A stretch of DNA of 60,903 bases from an uncultured Phycisphaerales bacterium. GTDB lineage: Bacteria > Planctomycetota > Phycisphaerae > Phycisphaerales > SM1A02. Location of the stretch: the NCBI GenBank assembly GCA_938084645.1, contig CALKEP010000007.1, positions 1 through 60,903 of the forward strand. Reading direction: 5' to 3'. Below the pieces are notes generated by a model. It was not told the origin of the DNA. It made no database searches and saw only the letters and a program-made list of their open reading frames with translations. A program made the translations under genes and the position numbers. Below are positions 30,509 to 41,094 of the stretch, piece after piece (positions within the stretch are counted from its first letter, which is position 1; each line of letters starts with the position of its first letter).

Positions 30509-33256
30509 TCAGCCGGCCTTGCGGGGACTCGTGTCCGCGACGGCATCGGGATGAATGGGGAGATCCTGCAGCAGGCCCGGCACCACGAGGTCGGCGATCG
30601 GGGTGCCTTCCTCGATCGGCGTTCCGTCCATCCGGGTGATCACCGGCATCGGGTGTGCCTTCAGGTGCTTCTTGAGGTCCTTCTCCAGCTGTTCGCGGAC
30701 CGGGTCGTCGAGCTTGGCGAAACCCTCGCGACCGCGGCACTTCGGGAAGCCGCTGCAGCCGAGCCAGGGACCACGCTTGCCCTCGCGCAGATTGAGCGGC
30801 TTCTCCTCGCACTTCGGGCACTCGAGATCGGTGACCAGCGGCGGGGGCGAGGGGAGCTTGAGGCATCCCTTCTTGTCGAGGTTGAGGACGAACTTCACCT
30901 CGGGGAAGTTCGGGCTCGCCATGAACTTCCCGAAACGACCGGTCCTCAGGATCAGCTGCGATCCGTCTTCCGGGCACTTGATGTCGACCATCTCCGGGAG
31001 GAGCGGCCGGCCGGCGCGGTCGATGGGGGCGGCGTAGTCGCAGTCCGGATAGGCGGTGCAACTCAGGAACCGTCCGTTCTTGCCGAAGCGATAGCAGGTC
31101 ATCGCGCCGCACTTCGGGCAGGCGAAGGGGGCCGGCTGGGTCTCCGCCTTCGCGTGTCCGAGCTCCTCGTGGGCTCGCTCCAGCGATTCGCTGAAGCGGC
31201 CGTAGAAGTCGCGGAGCATCTCGCGCCACTCGACGTGCTCCTCCTCGATCGCATCGAGTCGCTTCTCGAGATCGCGGGTGTAGCCGAAGTCCATGAGGCG
31301 GGGGAACGCTTCGACCATCTTGTCGGTCACGACCTCGCCGAGATCGGTCGCGTAGAAGCGACGATCCTCCTGCACGGCGTAGTTGCGGTCCTGGATGACC
31401 TTGATGATCGAGGCGTAGGTCGACGGTCGGCCGATGCCTTCGTCCTCGAGCTTCTTCACCAGGGAGCCCTCGTTGTAGCGGGGCGGCGGGGACGAGAACT
31501 TCTGCTTCGGTTCGATCGAGAACGGCGCGGTCTCGTCGCCCTTCTCGAAGGTGGGGAGGACCTGTTCGTCGCTCGCGGCCACGCCGCCGACCCGCGTCCA
31601 GCCGTCGAAGGCGAGCACCCGGCCGTTGGCCTTGAGCACGGCGCCGGTCTCGCGATCGGACCGCTTGAAGCGGATCGCGGTCGAGTCCCACTGGGCGTTC
31701 GTCATCTGGCAGGCGACGAATCGGTTCCAGATGAGTCGATAGAGCTTCAGCTGCTCCTCGTTGAGCGACGACGCGAGCTGTTCCGGGGTGCGGCGCGGGT
31801 CGGTCGGCCGGATCGCCTCGTGGGCCTCCTGCGCATCCTTGTTGCTCGAACCGTAGAAGCGGGGCTTCTCCGGCAGGTAGGCGTCGCCGTGCCGCTGGCC
31901 GATGTACTCGCGAGCCAGCGCGATCGCATCGGCGGAGAGATGCGTCGAATCGGTTCGCATGTAGGTGATGAGGCCGACCTGGCCCTCGCCCGGAATCGGA
32001 AGACCCATGTAGAGGGCCTGGGCGATCCGCATCGTGCGGTCGGTCGCGAAACCGAGCGCGTTGCTCGCGGAGACCTGCAGCGAACTGGTGATGAAGGGGG
32101 CGAAGGGTTTCGAACTCTTGCGGGTCGTCTCGATGGACTCGACCGCGTAGCGAGCGGCCGGATCGAGGGTCCCGCCCACGGTGCGTCGGAATCGGGCCGG
32201 GCCCTTGCCGGTCGCATCCTCTTCGGTCGAGACCGATACGTCGGTGAGCCCCACCGCGGCGGCGATGTCGGTCATCGGGGCGGAGAGATCCTCGATCGCG
32301 TCGGCCTTGCAGCCGATCGAGAACCTGCTTCCACCGACCTCCACGAGCTCGGTCCGCAGGCCCCGATTGTCCGAGAGCCACGCGTTCTGTCGCTTGATGG
32401 TCGGGCCCTTGCCCTTGTCGTCGAGGGTCGAGATGAACTCGGACCATCCTTCGGCGAGCTGGGGCGAGGTCGCGGGATCGAGCGCGAGCTTCACCCCGAC
32501 CTCCCAGGACTCGTCGGGAATGAACGCATCGATCTCGCGCTCGCGTTCGACGATCAGTCGCGTGGCGACCGACTGGACCCGCCCGGCGGAGAGTCCGCGA
32601 GCGACCTTCTTCCACAGGAGCGGTGACGCCTGGTAGCCGACGATCCGGTCGAGGATGCGGCGGGCCTGCTGGGCGTTCACCTTGTATTCGTCGATCGGAT
32701 GGGGCTTCTCGAACGCCCGGGCGATCTCGTCCTTGGTGATCGCGTTGAAGACGACCCGCTTCGCTTCCGAGGGCTTCACGCCGAGGATGTTGGCGAGGTG
32801 CCACGCGATCGCCTCGCCTTCCCGGTCGAGGTCGGTCGCGAACCAGATCTCCGTGGCGCCCTTCGCGGCCTTCTTGAGATCGGTGACGGTCTTCTTCTTG
32901 GCGTCGAGGACCTCGTAGGTCGGGTCGAAGTCGTTGTCGAGATCGACCCCCGGCACCGGCTGCTTCGAGCCCTTCGGGGCCTTGCTCGGGAGGTCCCGGA
33001 CGTGGCCGACGGAGGCCGTCACCACGAAATCCGGCCCGAGATAGCGGTTGATCGTCTTCGCCTTGGCCGGGCTCTCGACGATCACCAGCTGCTTGCCGGC
33101 CGCCGAGGGCGTCTTGAAGCTCGAGGTCTTCTTCGACGTCTTCTTCTTCGAGGAGGTCTTCTTCTTGGTCGTCGCCTTCTTGGTCACCGCCTTCGACGCC
33201 GTCTTGGCCGTCTTCTTCTTCGTGGTGGACTTCTTGGTGGTCTTCTTCTTGGCCAT
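30509..33256 (-). CDS. topA: DNA topoisomerase I with Lys-rich N-terminal extension
   Basis: IVESPAKA, ATDLDREGEAIA, SAGRVQS, ITYMRTDS, QEAHEAIRPT, GIGRPSTY; C-terminal Zn ribbons. Confidence 0.98.
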   Translation of the reverse strand: MAKKKTTKKSTTKKKTAKTASKAVTKKATTKKKTSSKKKTSKKTSSFKTPSAAGKQLVIVESPAKAKTINRYLGPDFVVTASVGHVRDLPSKAPKGSKQPVPGVDLDNDFDPTYEVLDAKKKTVTDLKKAAKGATEIWFATDLDREGEAIAWHLANILGVKPSEAKRVVFNAITKDEIARAFEKPHPIDEYKVNAQQARRILDRIVGYQASPLLWKKVARGLSAGRVQSVATRLIVEREREIDAFIPDESWEVGVKLALDPATSPQLAEGWSEFISTLDDKGKGPTIKRQNAWLSDNRGLRTELVEVGGSRFSIGCKADAIEDLSAPMTDIAAAVGLTDVSVSTEEDATGKGPARFRRTVGGTLDPAARYAVESIETTRKSSKPFAPFITSSLQVSASNALGFATDRTMRIAQALYMGLPIPGEGQVGLITYMRTDSTHLSADAIALAREYIGQRHGDAYLPEKPRFYGSSNKDAQEAHEAIRPTDPRRTPEQLASSLNEEQLKLYRLIWNRFVACQMTNAQWDSTAIRFKRSDRETGAVLKANGRVLAFDGWTRVGGVAASDEQVLPTFEKGDETAPFSIEPKQKFSSPPPRYNEGSLVKKLEDEGIGRPSTYASIIKVIQDRNYAVQEDRRFYATDLGEVVTDKMVEAFPRLMDFGYTRDLEKRLDAIEEEHVEWREMLRDFYGRFSESLERAHEELGHAKAETQPAPFACPKCGAMTCYRFGKNGRFLSCTAYPDCDYAAPIDRAGRPLLPEMVDIKCPEDGSQLILRTGRFGKFMASPNFPEVKFVLNLDKKGCLKLPSPPPLVTDLECPKCEEKPLNLREGKRGPWLGCSGFPKCRGREGFAKLDDPVREQLEKDLKKHLKAHPMPVITRMDGTPIEEGTPIADLVVPGLLQDLPIHPDAVADTSPRKAG

Positions 33257-33496
33257 GGGGAGGTGCTTCGACGATCGACGTCCGGGGCGGTCGGGGTCGC
33301 CGCTCCGGGGGGTGTTTGGGGGAAGAACAGAGGTTGCCGTCGCGAGCCGACCCATGCGGATTCGGCCAGCTGGTGGGGCGGCATTGAAAGATTGAATGGG
33401 GGTGTTCGTCAAGCCGTGATCAAAAAACCCCGCTCTTGGGCTCTGAAACGGACATGGGGGCATCAAATGCGCGATTTTGGAGGCCGGCGTTGTTTT

Positions 33497-34480
33497 TCAC
33501 GACGGCTCGGTCGCGAGATCGAGGGTCCCCACCAGGGTCTCGGCGACCTCGCTCGCGGATGCGGTCGCGGGATCGAGGCGGATCGTCCCCGGAATCGCCG
33601 CGAACCGGCGAAGCCAGGTCCGTTGTTGCTTCCCATACCGACGGGTCCGGATCTTGATGCGTTCGGTGGCCTCCTCGATGGAGCACCGGCCCTCCAGGTG
33701 TTCGAGCAGTTCCCGATAACCGACCGCTTCCCGTGCCTGGGGCCCCAGGCCGCCGTCGATCCGGAGTCGATCGACTTCCTCGAGGAATCCCGCCTCGAGC
33801 ATCGCCTTCACCCTGGCGTTGATCCGCTGGTTGAGCTCGTCGACGGGGCGATCGAGGACGACCAGGCGGACATCCGGACGACTGCGGGGGGCATCCGTCC
33901 ACTGCTGCTTGTGATCGGAAAGCGGCGTGCCGGTGATCGCATGAACCTCGAGGGCGCGAATCATCCGGCGTCGATCGTTGCGGTGGATCCGATCGGCGGA
34001 GGGGGGGTCGACCTCTTGCAGTCGCCGGTGGAGCGTGTCGTCGTCCTGGCGCTCGAGGTCGCCGCGGATCCGGTCGTCCCGCCCCGGGCCGTCGAAGACG
34101 CCCTCGAGCAGCGACCGGATGTAGAGGTTCGTCCCGCCGACCACGATCGGGTGCGACCCACGTCCACGAATCGACTCGATCGCTCGATTCGCCTCGTCGA
34201 GCCAGTCTCGGACCGTGAAGTCCGCGTCACGGGGGTCGACGAACCCGCAGAGATGGTGTGGTGCCCGCGCGCGTTCCGCCGACGTCGGCTGGGCGGTGCC
34301 GATCGGCATCCCGCGGTACACCTGCATCGAGTCGGCGAGGACGCACTCGCCACCGCGAGGGAGTCGGCGGGCCAGTTCGATCGACACCGCGGTCTTGCCG
34401 CTGGCGGTCGGGCCCAGCAGGGCGATGATCGGCGCGTCGGGAACGGGGCCGTCGGGGGATGGAGTCGAGTCCGCGGTCAC
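33497..34480 (-). CDS. miaA: tRNA dimethylallyltransferase
   Basis: GPTASGKT, DSMQVYRGMPIGTA, VGGTNLY, RALEV, AVGYRE, KQQRTW. Confidence 0.97.
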   Translation of the reverse strand: MTADSTPSPDGPVPDAPIIALLGPTASGKTAVSIELARRLPRGGECVLADSMQVYRGMPIGTAQPTSAERARAPHHLCGFVDPRDADFTVRDWLDEANRAIESIRGRGSHPIVVGGTNLYIRSLLEGVFDGPGRDDRIRGDLERQDDDTLHRRLQEVDPPSADRIHRNDRRRMIRALEVHAITGTPLSDHKQQWTDAPRSRPDVRLVVLDRPVDELNQRINARVKAMLEAGFLEEVDRLRIDGGLGPQAREAVGYRELLEHLEGRCSIEEATERIKIRTRRYGKQQRTWLRRFAAIPGTIRLDPATASASEVAETLVGTLDLATEPS

Positions 34481-34581
34481 GCGAAGCGACGGTAGCGACC
34501 GGGGACGCCGTCGTCGATATCATCCGCCTCCGCGTCGCGTTCGGCGACGCATCCCTCGCACCGCCTGTCTCGGAGCCTGCA

Positions 34582-35793
34582 TTGACCACCGCCTCTCGAC
34601 CGACCATCGATTCCGTGGACGTCACCGGACGCACCGTGCTCGTTCGCGTCGACTTCAACGTGCCGCTCGTCGATGGGAGGATCACGGACGACAGTCGGAT
34701 CGTGGCCGCCCTGCCCACCATCCGATCGATTCTCGACCGGAACGGGGCGTGCGTGCTCATGAGTCATCTGGGCCGTCCGGCGGGAACGGGGCACGAGGCG
34801 GCGTTCTCGCTCAAGCCGGTCGGCGCCAGGCTCGCGGAACTGCTGGGTCGTCCGGTGACGGTGCCCGGTGAGGGCAGCGTCGACGACGCGACCGCCGCCG
34901 CGGTGGAGGCGATCGAGCCGGGCGAGGTCGTCTTGCTGGAGAATCTTCGGTTCCATCCGGGCGAGAAGAAGGCCGACGCCGATTTCGCCGGGAGGCTGGC
35001 GACCTACGGCCATGTCTTCTGCCAGGACGCGTTCGGCGCGGCGCATCGGGGCGACGCTTCGATGGTCGCGGTCCCGAACGCGATGCCGGAAGCCCCCTGC
35101 GTCGCGGGACGGCTGCTCGAAGCGGAGCTCAAGTACCTCGCCGACGCGATCGAATCGCCCGCCCGCCCCTTCGTGGCGGTGCTCGGTGGCGCGAAGATCT
35201 CCGACAAGCTCGGCACCATCCGGCATCTCGCCGGGCGGGTCGACACCCTCGTGGTCGGTGGGGCGATGGCGTTCACGCTCCTGCGTTCGATGGGGCACGC
35301 GGTCGGAAAGAGCCTGGTCGAGGAGGCGATGGTGGAGGAAGCGGGGGAGATCATCGCGGCGGTCGAGGCCACGAGCACCAGGCTTCTGCTTCCGACGGAC
35401 TTCGTCTGCGCCGCGGCGCCCGAGGCCGGGGTCGCGACGACGACCTGCGGTCGAGACATCGAGGGCGATCTGATGGGGCTCGACATCGGGCCGGAATCGG
35501 TGGCGTCCTTCGCCTCGGCGGTCCGCGATGCGAAGACCGTCGTCTGGAACGGACCGATGGGGCTCTTCGAGATTCCACCCTTCGACACCGGCACGCTCGC
35601 GGTCGCGAAGGCGATGATCGAGTCGACCGACGCCGGGGGAATCACCGTGGTCGGCGGCGGCGACACCGCGGCGGCGGTCAACGACCTCGGGCTCGCATCC
35701 GGATTCAGTCACGTCTCGACGGGTGGCGGGGCGAGCCTCCGCATGCTTGAAGGCGGCCCGATGCCTGGCGTCGAGGCCCTCGATCCCCGCTGA
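34582..35793 (+). CDS. pgk: Phosphoglycerate kinase (TTG start inferred)
   Basis: RVDFNVP, SHLGRP, LLENLRF, DAFGAAHR, GGAKISDK, WNGPMG, GGGDT, STGGGASL. Confidence 0.97.
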   Translation: MTTASRPTIDSVDVTGRTVLVRVDFNVPLVDGRITDDSRIVAALPTIRSILDRNGACVLMSHLGRPAGTGHEAAFSLKPVGARLAELLGRPVTVPGEGSVDDATAAAVEAIEPGEVVLLENLRFHPGEKKADADFAGRLATYGHVFCQDAFGAAHRGDASMVAVPNAMPEAPCVAGRLLEAELKYLADAIESPARPFVAVLGGAKISDKLGTIRHLAGRVDTLVVGGAMAFTLLRSMGHAVGKSLVEEAMVEEAGEIIAAVEATSTRLLLPTDFVCAAAPEAGVATTTCGRDIEGDLMGLDIGPESVASFASAVRDAKTVVWNGPMGLFEIPPFDTGTLAVAKAMIESTDAGGITVVGGGDTAAAVNDLGLASGFSHVSTGGGASLRMLEGGPMPGVEALDPR

Positions 35794-36011
35794 TCCGGCC
35801 GAATCGGTCCGGCGAGCCCTCCGATCCACCGGATCCGGACGTGCCTTCGGCGTCCCAGGCGGCTACGCTGGAGGGGTCGCTTCGGCCCCCGTGCCGGCCA
35901 CCGAGCCATCGAGGGCGGCCTGTGACGCTTCGGCACCGCTTTTCATCGGAAGCGGATTGGAGGGACGAAGGACTCCCATCCGCTTCATCAACGTCCAGGA
36001 GACGACCGAGC

Positions 36012-37040
36012 ATGTTTCACCGAATGATCACCGCCGCCGCCACCGTCGCCGTTCTCGCGACCTCCAGCATCGCCGCCGACCTGAAGGTCGGGGACAAGGC
36101 GCCCGCCATCGAGGTCGAGGAATGGATCCAGGGCGAGACCACCGTCGGCGAGGGCAAGCCCTACGTCGTGGAGTTCTGGGCGACCTGGTGCGGTCCCTGC
36201 CGGACGTCGATTCCCCACATCAACGATCTCTACAAGAAGTACAAGGGCAAGGGGCTCTCGGTCATCGGCGTCACCGACGAGAAGAAGGCGATCGGCAAGG
36301 TGAAGAGTTTCGTGCGGAGTCGCGGTGATTCGATGAGCTACTCCGTCGCCGTCGACAGCGGTGGCACCAACCAGAACTTCATGAAGGCCGCCGGGCAGAG
36401 CGGGATCCCCACCGCGTTCATCGTGGCCAACGACAACACCATCGCGTTCATCGGTCACCCGATGGATCCCAAGTTCGAGGACATCCTCGGCAAGGTGGTG
36501 GCGGGCCGCTACAGCCCCAAGTTGATGAAGAAGGCCGCGCCCAAGCTCGCCGCCGCCGACCGGGCCGCGAAGGTCAGGAACTTCGGCGACGCGTACGGTC
36601 ACATGGACGAGGTCATCGAACTCGACAACGGCATCTTCGTGCAGGTCGCGATCGACAAGTACCGCATGATGGCCGCGGACCAGAAGGATGCCGCCGGGGC
36701 GTCCCAGTGGGCGGGTGAGATGGTCGAGATGTACCGCGACGACGCGGGCGCCCTCGCGATGATCGCGGAGGTGACCGCGGCGGATCCCGACGACTCGCTT
36801 CGCAACCTCGAGGTCGCCCGTGCGGCGGCGGATCGCATGCTCGTGAAGGCCGGTGCCCGGGACCCCGAGGCGCTGGCGGTCTCGGCCCTCGTCGCGTTCC
36901 ATTCCGGTGATCCGGATCGGGCGGTCCGGGAGCAGATGACCGCGTGGATGACCGCGTCGCCGGACATGAAGCCCGACTACAAGCGGGATCTCGACATCTA
37001 TCGCGGGCAGGCCGCTCGGCCCAACGCGAGTCGTCGCTGA
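36012..37040 (+). CDS. Secreted TlpA/ResA-like thiol:disulfide oxidoreductase with helical C-terminal domain
   Basis: Signal peptide; LKVGDKAP, VEFWATWCGPC, GIPTAFIV, IGHP. Confidence 0.9.
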   Translation: MFHRMITAAATVAVLATSSIAADLKVGDKAPAIEVEEWIQGETTVGEGKPYVVEFWATWCGPCRTSIPHINDLYKKYKGKGLSVIGVTDEKKAIGKVKSFVRSRGDSMSYSVAVDSGGTNQNFMKAAGQSGIPTAFIVANDNTIAFIGHPMDPKFEDILGKVVAGRYSPKLMKKAAPKLAAADRAAKVRNFGDAYGHMDEVIELDNGIFVQVAIDKYRMMAADQKDAAGASQWAGEMVEMYRDDAGALAMIAEVTAADPDDSLRNLEVARAAADRMLVKAGARDPEALAVSALVAFHSGDPDRAVREQMTAWMTASPDMKPDYKRDLDIYRGQAARPNASRR

Positions 37041-37118
37041 TCCCCATCCGCATTCGATTCCGATCGGCCGGCCCCGTTCCGGGGCCGGTGGTCTTCGAAC
37101 TCAGAACCGGAATCCCCG

Positions 37119-37817
37119 ATGATCGACACTTCGGCCGGCGTCCTCGACGCCCACACCCGCCCGCTCGACGAGCCGCTGGTCTCGGCGTCGATCCTGTCCG
37201 CGGACTTCGCCCGGCTCGGTGAGCAGTGCGTCGCGGTCCTCGAGGCGGGTGCGGACACGCTTCACGTGGACGTGATGGACGGGCACTTCGTGCCGAACCT
37301 CTCGATGGGACCGGCGATCTGCGCCGGCGTCCGCGGGGCGGTCGACGCCTTCATCGACGTCCACCTGATGGTCACGGATCCGCTCGCGTACCTCGATCCG
37401 TTCGCCACCGCCGGGGCCAACCACTGCACCGGTCACATCGAGGTGCTCGATGCACCCCTCGAGTTCCGGGACCGCTGTCACGCCCTCGGCATGTCCGCGG
37501 GGATCGCCATCAATCCGGAGACGCCGCTCGAGGCGCTCGACGGCGTGGCGGATGCGTTCGACCTCGTCCTGGTCATGAGCGTTCATCCGGGTTTCAGCGG
37601 TCAGTCCTTCATCCCCGACGTGCTGGAGAAGACCCGGGCGATCGCCGCGCGGCAGACGTCGAACCAGCGACTCGAGATGGACGGCGGGATCTCGCCGGCG
37701 AACGCCGAGGCGGTGCGCGACGCGGGATGCGACGTGCTCGTCGCCGCGAGCGCGATCTTCGGCGGAGACGACTACGCGGCGACCATCGCGGCGCTGCGCG
37801 GGGGCGACCGGGCCTGA
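37119..37817 (+). CDS. rpe: Ribulose-phosphate 3-epimerase
   Basis: SILSADF, HVDVMDGHFVPNL, DVHLMV, MSVHPGFSGQ, MDGGI. Confidence 0.97.
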   Translation: MIDTSAGVLDAHTRPLDEPLVSASILSADFARLGEQCVAVLEAGADTLHVDVMDGHFVPNLSMGPAICAGVRGAVDAFIDVHLMVTDPLAYLDPFATAGANHCTGHIEVLDAPLEFRDRCHALGMSAGIAINPETPLEALDGVADAFDLVLVMSVHPGFSGQSFIPDVLEKTRAIAARQTSNQRLEMDGGISPANAEAVRDAGCDVLVAASAIFGGDDYAATIAALRGGDRA

Positions 37818-38461
37818 TGCGTCGAGGCGGACGTACGAGGCTCCTCTGGATCATTCGCTGCGGCGAGACCGAATGGGACGCGGAGGAGCGACTTCGCGGG
37901 GACGAGGATCTGCCGATCACCGCCGCCGGCGAAGCGGCGACCCGCGAGGCCCTCGAACGCGCCGCCTCGAATCCCTTCTCCGCGCCCGCGACGATTCATC
38001 ACCCGTTGGATCAGGCGGCGGTCACGACCGCCACGATCGCCCGAGAGGTCCTCGGTGGACGCTGCCGTGGGAACGACGAACTCGCGGATCCGGCGCTGGG
38101 CGTGCTCGCGGGGATCACCCTCGAGGAACTTCGTGACCGATTCGAACGACGGGCCCGCCAGTGGGAGGAGGACCCCTCCACGCTCGTGCCGCCCGATGGT
38201 GAACCATTCGAGGATGCCCGGTCCCGACTGGTCGAGGCGCTGGCCGATCTGCTCCGGCGGAATCGAAGCGAGGCGATGGGGGTCGTGCTCCATGACCTCG
38301 GCGCCGGGTTCATCCGCGCAGCGCTGGCGGGATCGCCCCGGGGCAATCCGCGTCGGTGGATGGAGGGGCGGGGTCGGGTCGAGACCTGGGCGCTGCCCGT
38401 CGACGCGGTGGAGCGTCTGGAAGCCGCGGTCGAGACGGTGGGGCAGCTCGATGCGAAATGA
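37817..38461 (+). CDS. Histidine phosphatase (phosphoglycerate mutase) family protein, degenerate active site
   Basis: IRCGETEW...RLRGDEDLPIT (RHG changed to RCG), PPDGE, VVLH; ATG overlaps the rpe TGA. Confidence 0.75.
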   Translation: MRRGGRTRLLWIIRCGETEWDAEERLRGDEDLPITAAGEAATREALERAASNPFSAPATIHHPLDQAAVTTATIAREVLGGRCRGNDELADPALGVLAGITLEELRDRFERRARQWEEDPSTLVPPDGEPFEDARSRLVEALADLLRRNRSEAMGVVLHDLGAGFIRAALAGSPRGNPRRWMEGRGRVETWALPVDAVERLEAAVETVGQLDAK

Positions 38462-38567
38462 GCCGTTCCTTCTCGGGGCGGGGGTGCGGGTGGTATCCTG
38501 AGGCGGTCGTACGGCTCCCGCAGGGGGGGGCCACCGCCCCTCGAATCCGTTTCATCGAGAGATCAAC

Positions 38568-39401
38568 GTGAGCAAGCAGACCTGGGATCAGGCCGATGTC
38601 GCGACCAAGAAGGCCGTCCCCGACGGCCTCTGGGTGCAGTGTCGGAAGTGCGGTGCCACCATCTTCGGCAAGACGATGGAGGCGGCGCTCAACGTCTGTC
38701 CGAAGTGCGACCATCACCATCGGGTCACGGCCCGGGTACGGATGGAGCAACTGGTCGACCCCGGGAGTTTCGAACCGTTCAACGCCGACCTGACCGCGGC
38801 GGATCCGCTCGGCTTCGTCGATGTGAAGCCCTACAAGAGCCGGATCGCGGCGGCCCGCCTCAAGAGCGGTGAGAACGACGGATGCCTCACCGGCGTCGGA
38901 TTCGTGAAGGGGCGAAAGGTCGTGCTCGCCGCGATGGACTTCGCCTTCCTCGGCGGCTCCATGGGCTCGGTGGTCGGCGAGAAGCTCGCCCGGGCGACCG
39001 AACACGCGATCGACCACGACCTGCCGCTGGTGATCGTGTCCTGCTCGGGCGGGGCGCGAATGCAGGAGTCCGGCTACTCCCTGATGCAGATGGCGAAGAC
39101 CTCCGCCGTGCTCGCACGTTTCGACGAGGCGGGGGGGTTGTTCATCTCGGTGCTGGCCGATCCGACCACCGGCGGGGTCACCGCGAGTTTCGCGATGCTC
39201 GGGGACGTGATCCTCGCCGAGCCGAACGCCCTCATCGGATTCGCCGGACCGAGGGTGATTCGCAACACGATCCGTCAGGAACTCCCGGATGGATTCCAGA
39301 CCTCGGAGTTCGTCCGCGACTCCGGTTTCGTCGATCGGATCGTGCACCGTCGCGATCTTCGAAGCGAGATCGGTCGCATCATCGACTACGCGGGCAAGTG
39401 A
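38568..39401 (+). CDS. accD: Acetyl-CoA carboxylase carboxyltransferase beta subunit
   Basis: PDGLWVQCRKC...CPKC Zn finger, FLGGSMG, SGGARMQE, PTTGGVTASFA, IGFAGPRVI. Confidence 0.98.
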   Translation: MSKQTWDQADVATKKAVPDGLWVQCRKCGATIFGKTMEAALNVCPKCDHHHRVTARVRMEQLVDPGSFEPFNADLTAADPLGFVDVKPYKSRIAAARLKSGENDGCLTGVGFVKGRKVVLAAMDFAFLGGSMGSVVGEKLARATEHAIDHDLPLVIVSCSGGARMQESGYSLMQMAKTSAVLARFDEAGGLFISVLADPTTGGVTASFAMLGDVILAEPNALIGFAGPRVIRNTIRQELPDGFQTSEFVRDSGFVDRIVHRRDLRSEIGRIIDYAGK

Positions 39402-39405
39402 CTCG

Positions 39406-41094
39406 ATGACCGACGAGATCGCTCCAGCCGCCGGTTGGCGGCGAGTCGCCTTCTTCAGCGTGCTTCATGCCGTCTGCTGGACGCTGTCGTTCCCCCCGTT
39501 CGAGCTGTGGTTCCTCGCCTTCGTCTCCATCGGTCCGCTCGCCGTGGCCGCGGTCGCCGCGGCGCGAACCCGGACCGTGGTGGTCTGCGTGTTCCTCGCG
39601 TCCATGCTGGGCTGGATGGTGCTCAATCGCTGGATCGGCGCGATCAGCGGGGCCGGCCTTCCGGCGATCGGGGCGTACCTCGCCTCCTGCACCGTGTTGG
39701 CGGCCCTGTGCATCCGCCGGGTCGGACGGTCCGTCCGCTTCGCCCGCGTGCCGTTGGCGGTGCTGCTCCCGGTCGCATGGCTCGGTGTCGAACATCTCCG
39801 CGGGCACATCGTGTTCGACGGCTATCCCTGGTACCTCGTCGGCCAGCCGCTGATCGCGTGGCTGCCGCTGGCGCAGGTCGCGGACCTCGCGGGCGTTCTT
39901 GCGGTCGGGATCCTTCCGCTCGCCGTCGCCGGCGTGCTCGCCGACGCCCTGCTCGGGCGGGGATCCGCGGCGAGTCGACGAGCCGGGATGCTGGGTACCA
40001 CGGTGCTCGGGGTCCTGGTCGTCGCCTACGGCATGGTCCGGGTCCGGCCGATGTCGACGGCGCCGGACGGCCCGGTGGTCACCGCGATCCAGACCGATGT
40101 CCCACAGTCCAACAAGGTCGCCTGGTCCCTCGAGCAGCAGCAGCGCGACTTCGTCCGGTTCCGCGACGCGACCTACGCGGCCGCGGTCGAGGCGGCGGAG
40201 GCGGGCATCGAGGTCGATCTCTGCGTGTGGCCCGAGACGATGCTTCCGGGGCCCGGATTCGAGACGGCCGCCCTCGACACCCTGGAGATGGCGGGCTACT
40301 GGCCGGGCCGTCGCTTCGTCGCGGCCGCCCGCGACCTGGTGGACGCGACGGGCACGCCCATGCTCTTCGGAACGTCGACGGTGCCGACGTTCGCCGAGGA
40401 GGATGACGGGCTGGTCGCCGCGTCCAGGTACAACAGCGTGGTGCTCGTCGAGCCCGGGCAGACGTCGGTCCCGCCGCGATACGACAAGGTGGTCCTCACG
40501 CCCTTCGGCGAGACGATGCCGTACATCCGGGCGTGGCCGTGGCTGCAGGACCGGATGCTCGCCATCGGCGCCCGGGGCATGCAGTTCAATCTCGATGCCG
40601 GCGAGGCGATCACCCGCTTCGAGGTCGACTGGACCGATGCGGCCGGCGAGTCCCGCCGGCTCGCGGTCGCGACGCCGATCTGTTTCGAGGACACCGTTCC
40701 GGAGCTCTGTCGGGAGATGGTCTGGGGCGACGGAGGCGAGAAGCGGGCGAGCCTGCTGGTCAATGCCAGCAACGACGGCTGGTTCGGCGATTCCGACGGG
40801 ATTCGTCGGCTCCACAATCAGGTCGCCCGGTTCCGTTCGATCGAGAATCGCGTGCCCTTGATCCGGGCGGTGAACACCGGGATCTCCTGCCTGGTGGACT
40901 CCTCCGGGCGACTCGTCGCTCAACTTCCGGCCCGGGAGGCAGGCGTCCTCGGTCCCCGGGCGATCGAGCTCGACGACCGGGTTCCGATCTTCGCGACGGT
41001 GGGCGTGTGGCCGGGGCGGGCGGTGCTGGTCGCCCTGATCGTCATGCTGCTGCTCCCGAGCCGTCGTCCACCGGTCGATCCGTCGGCGGCATAG
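39406..41094 (+). CDS. lnt: Apolipoprotein N-acyltransferase
   Basis: N-terminal TM segments with GYPW; nitrilase triad VWPET, YDKVVLTPFGE, PICFED; NDGWF, RSIENR, RAVNTGIS. Confidence 0.95.
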   Translation: MTDEIAPAAGWRRVAFFSVLHAVCWTLSFPPFELWFLAFVSIGPLAVAAVAAARTRTVVVCVFLASMLGWMVLNRWIGAISGAGLPAIGAYLASCTVLAALCIRRVGRSVRFARVPLAVLLPVAWLGVEHLRGHIVFDGYPWYLVGQPLIAWLPLAQVADLAGVLAVGILPLAVAGVLADALLGRGSAASRRAGMLGTTVLGVLVVAYGMVRVRPMSTAPDGPVVTAIQTDVPQSNKVAWSLEQQQRDFVRFRDATYAAAVEAAEAGIEVDLCVWPETMLPGPGFETAALDTLEMAGYWPGRRFVAAARDLVDATGTPMLFGTSTVPTFAEEDDGLVAASRYNSVVLVEPGQTSVPPRYDKVVLTPFGETMPYIRAWPWLQDRMLAIGARGMQFNLDAGEAITRFEVDWTDAAGESRRLAVATPICFEDTVPELCREMVWGDGGEKRASLLVNASNDGWFGDSDGIRRLHNQVARFRSIENRVPLIRAVNTGISCLVDSSGRLVAQLPAREAGVLGPRAIELDDRVPIFATVGVWPGRAVLVALIVMLLLPSRRPPVDPSAA

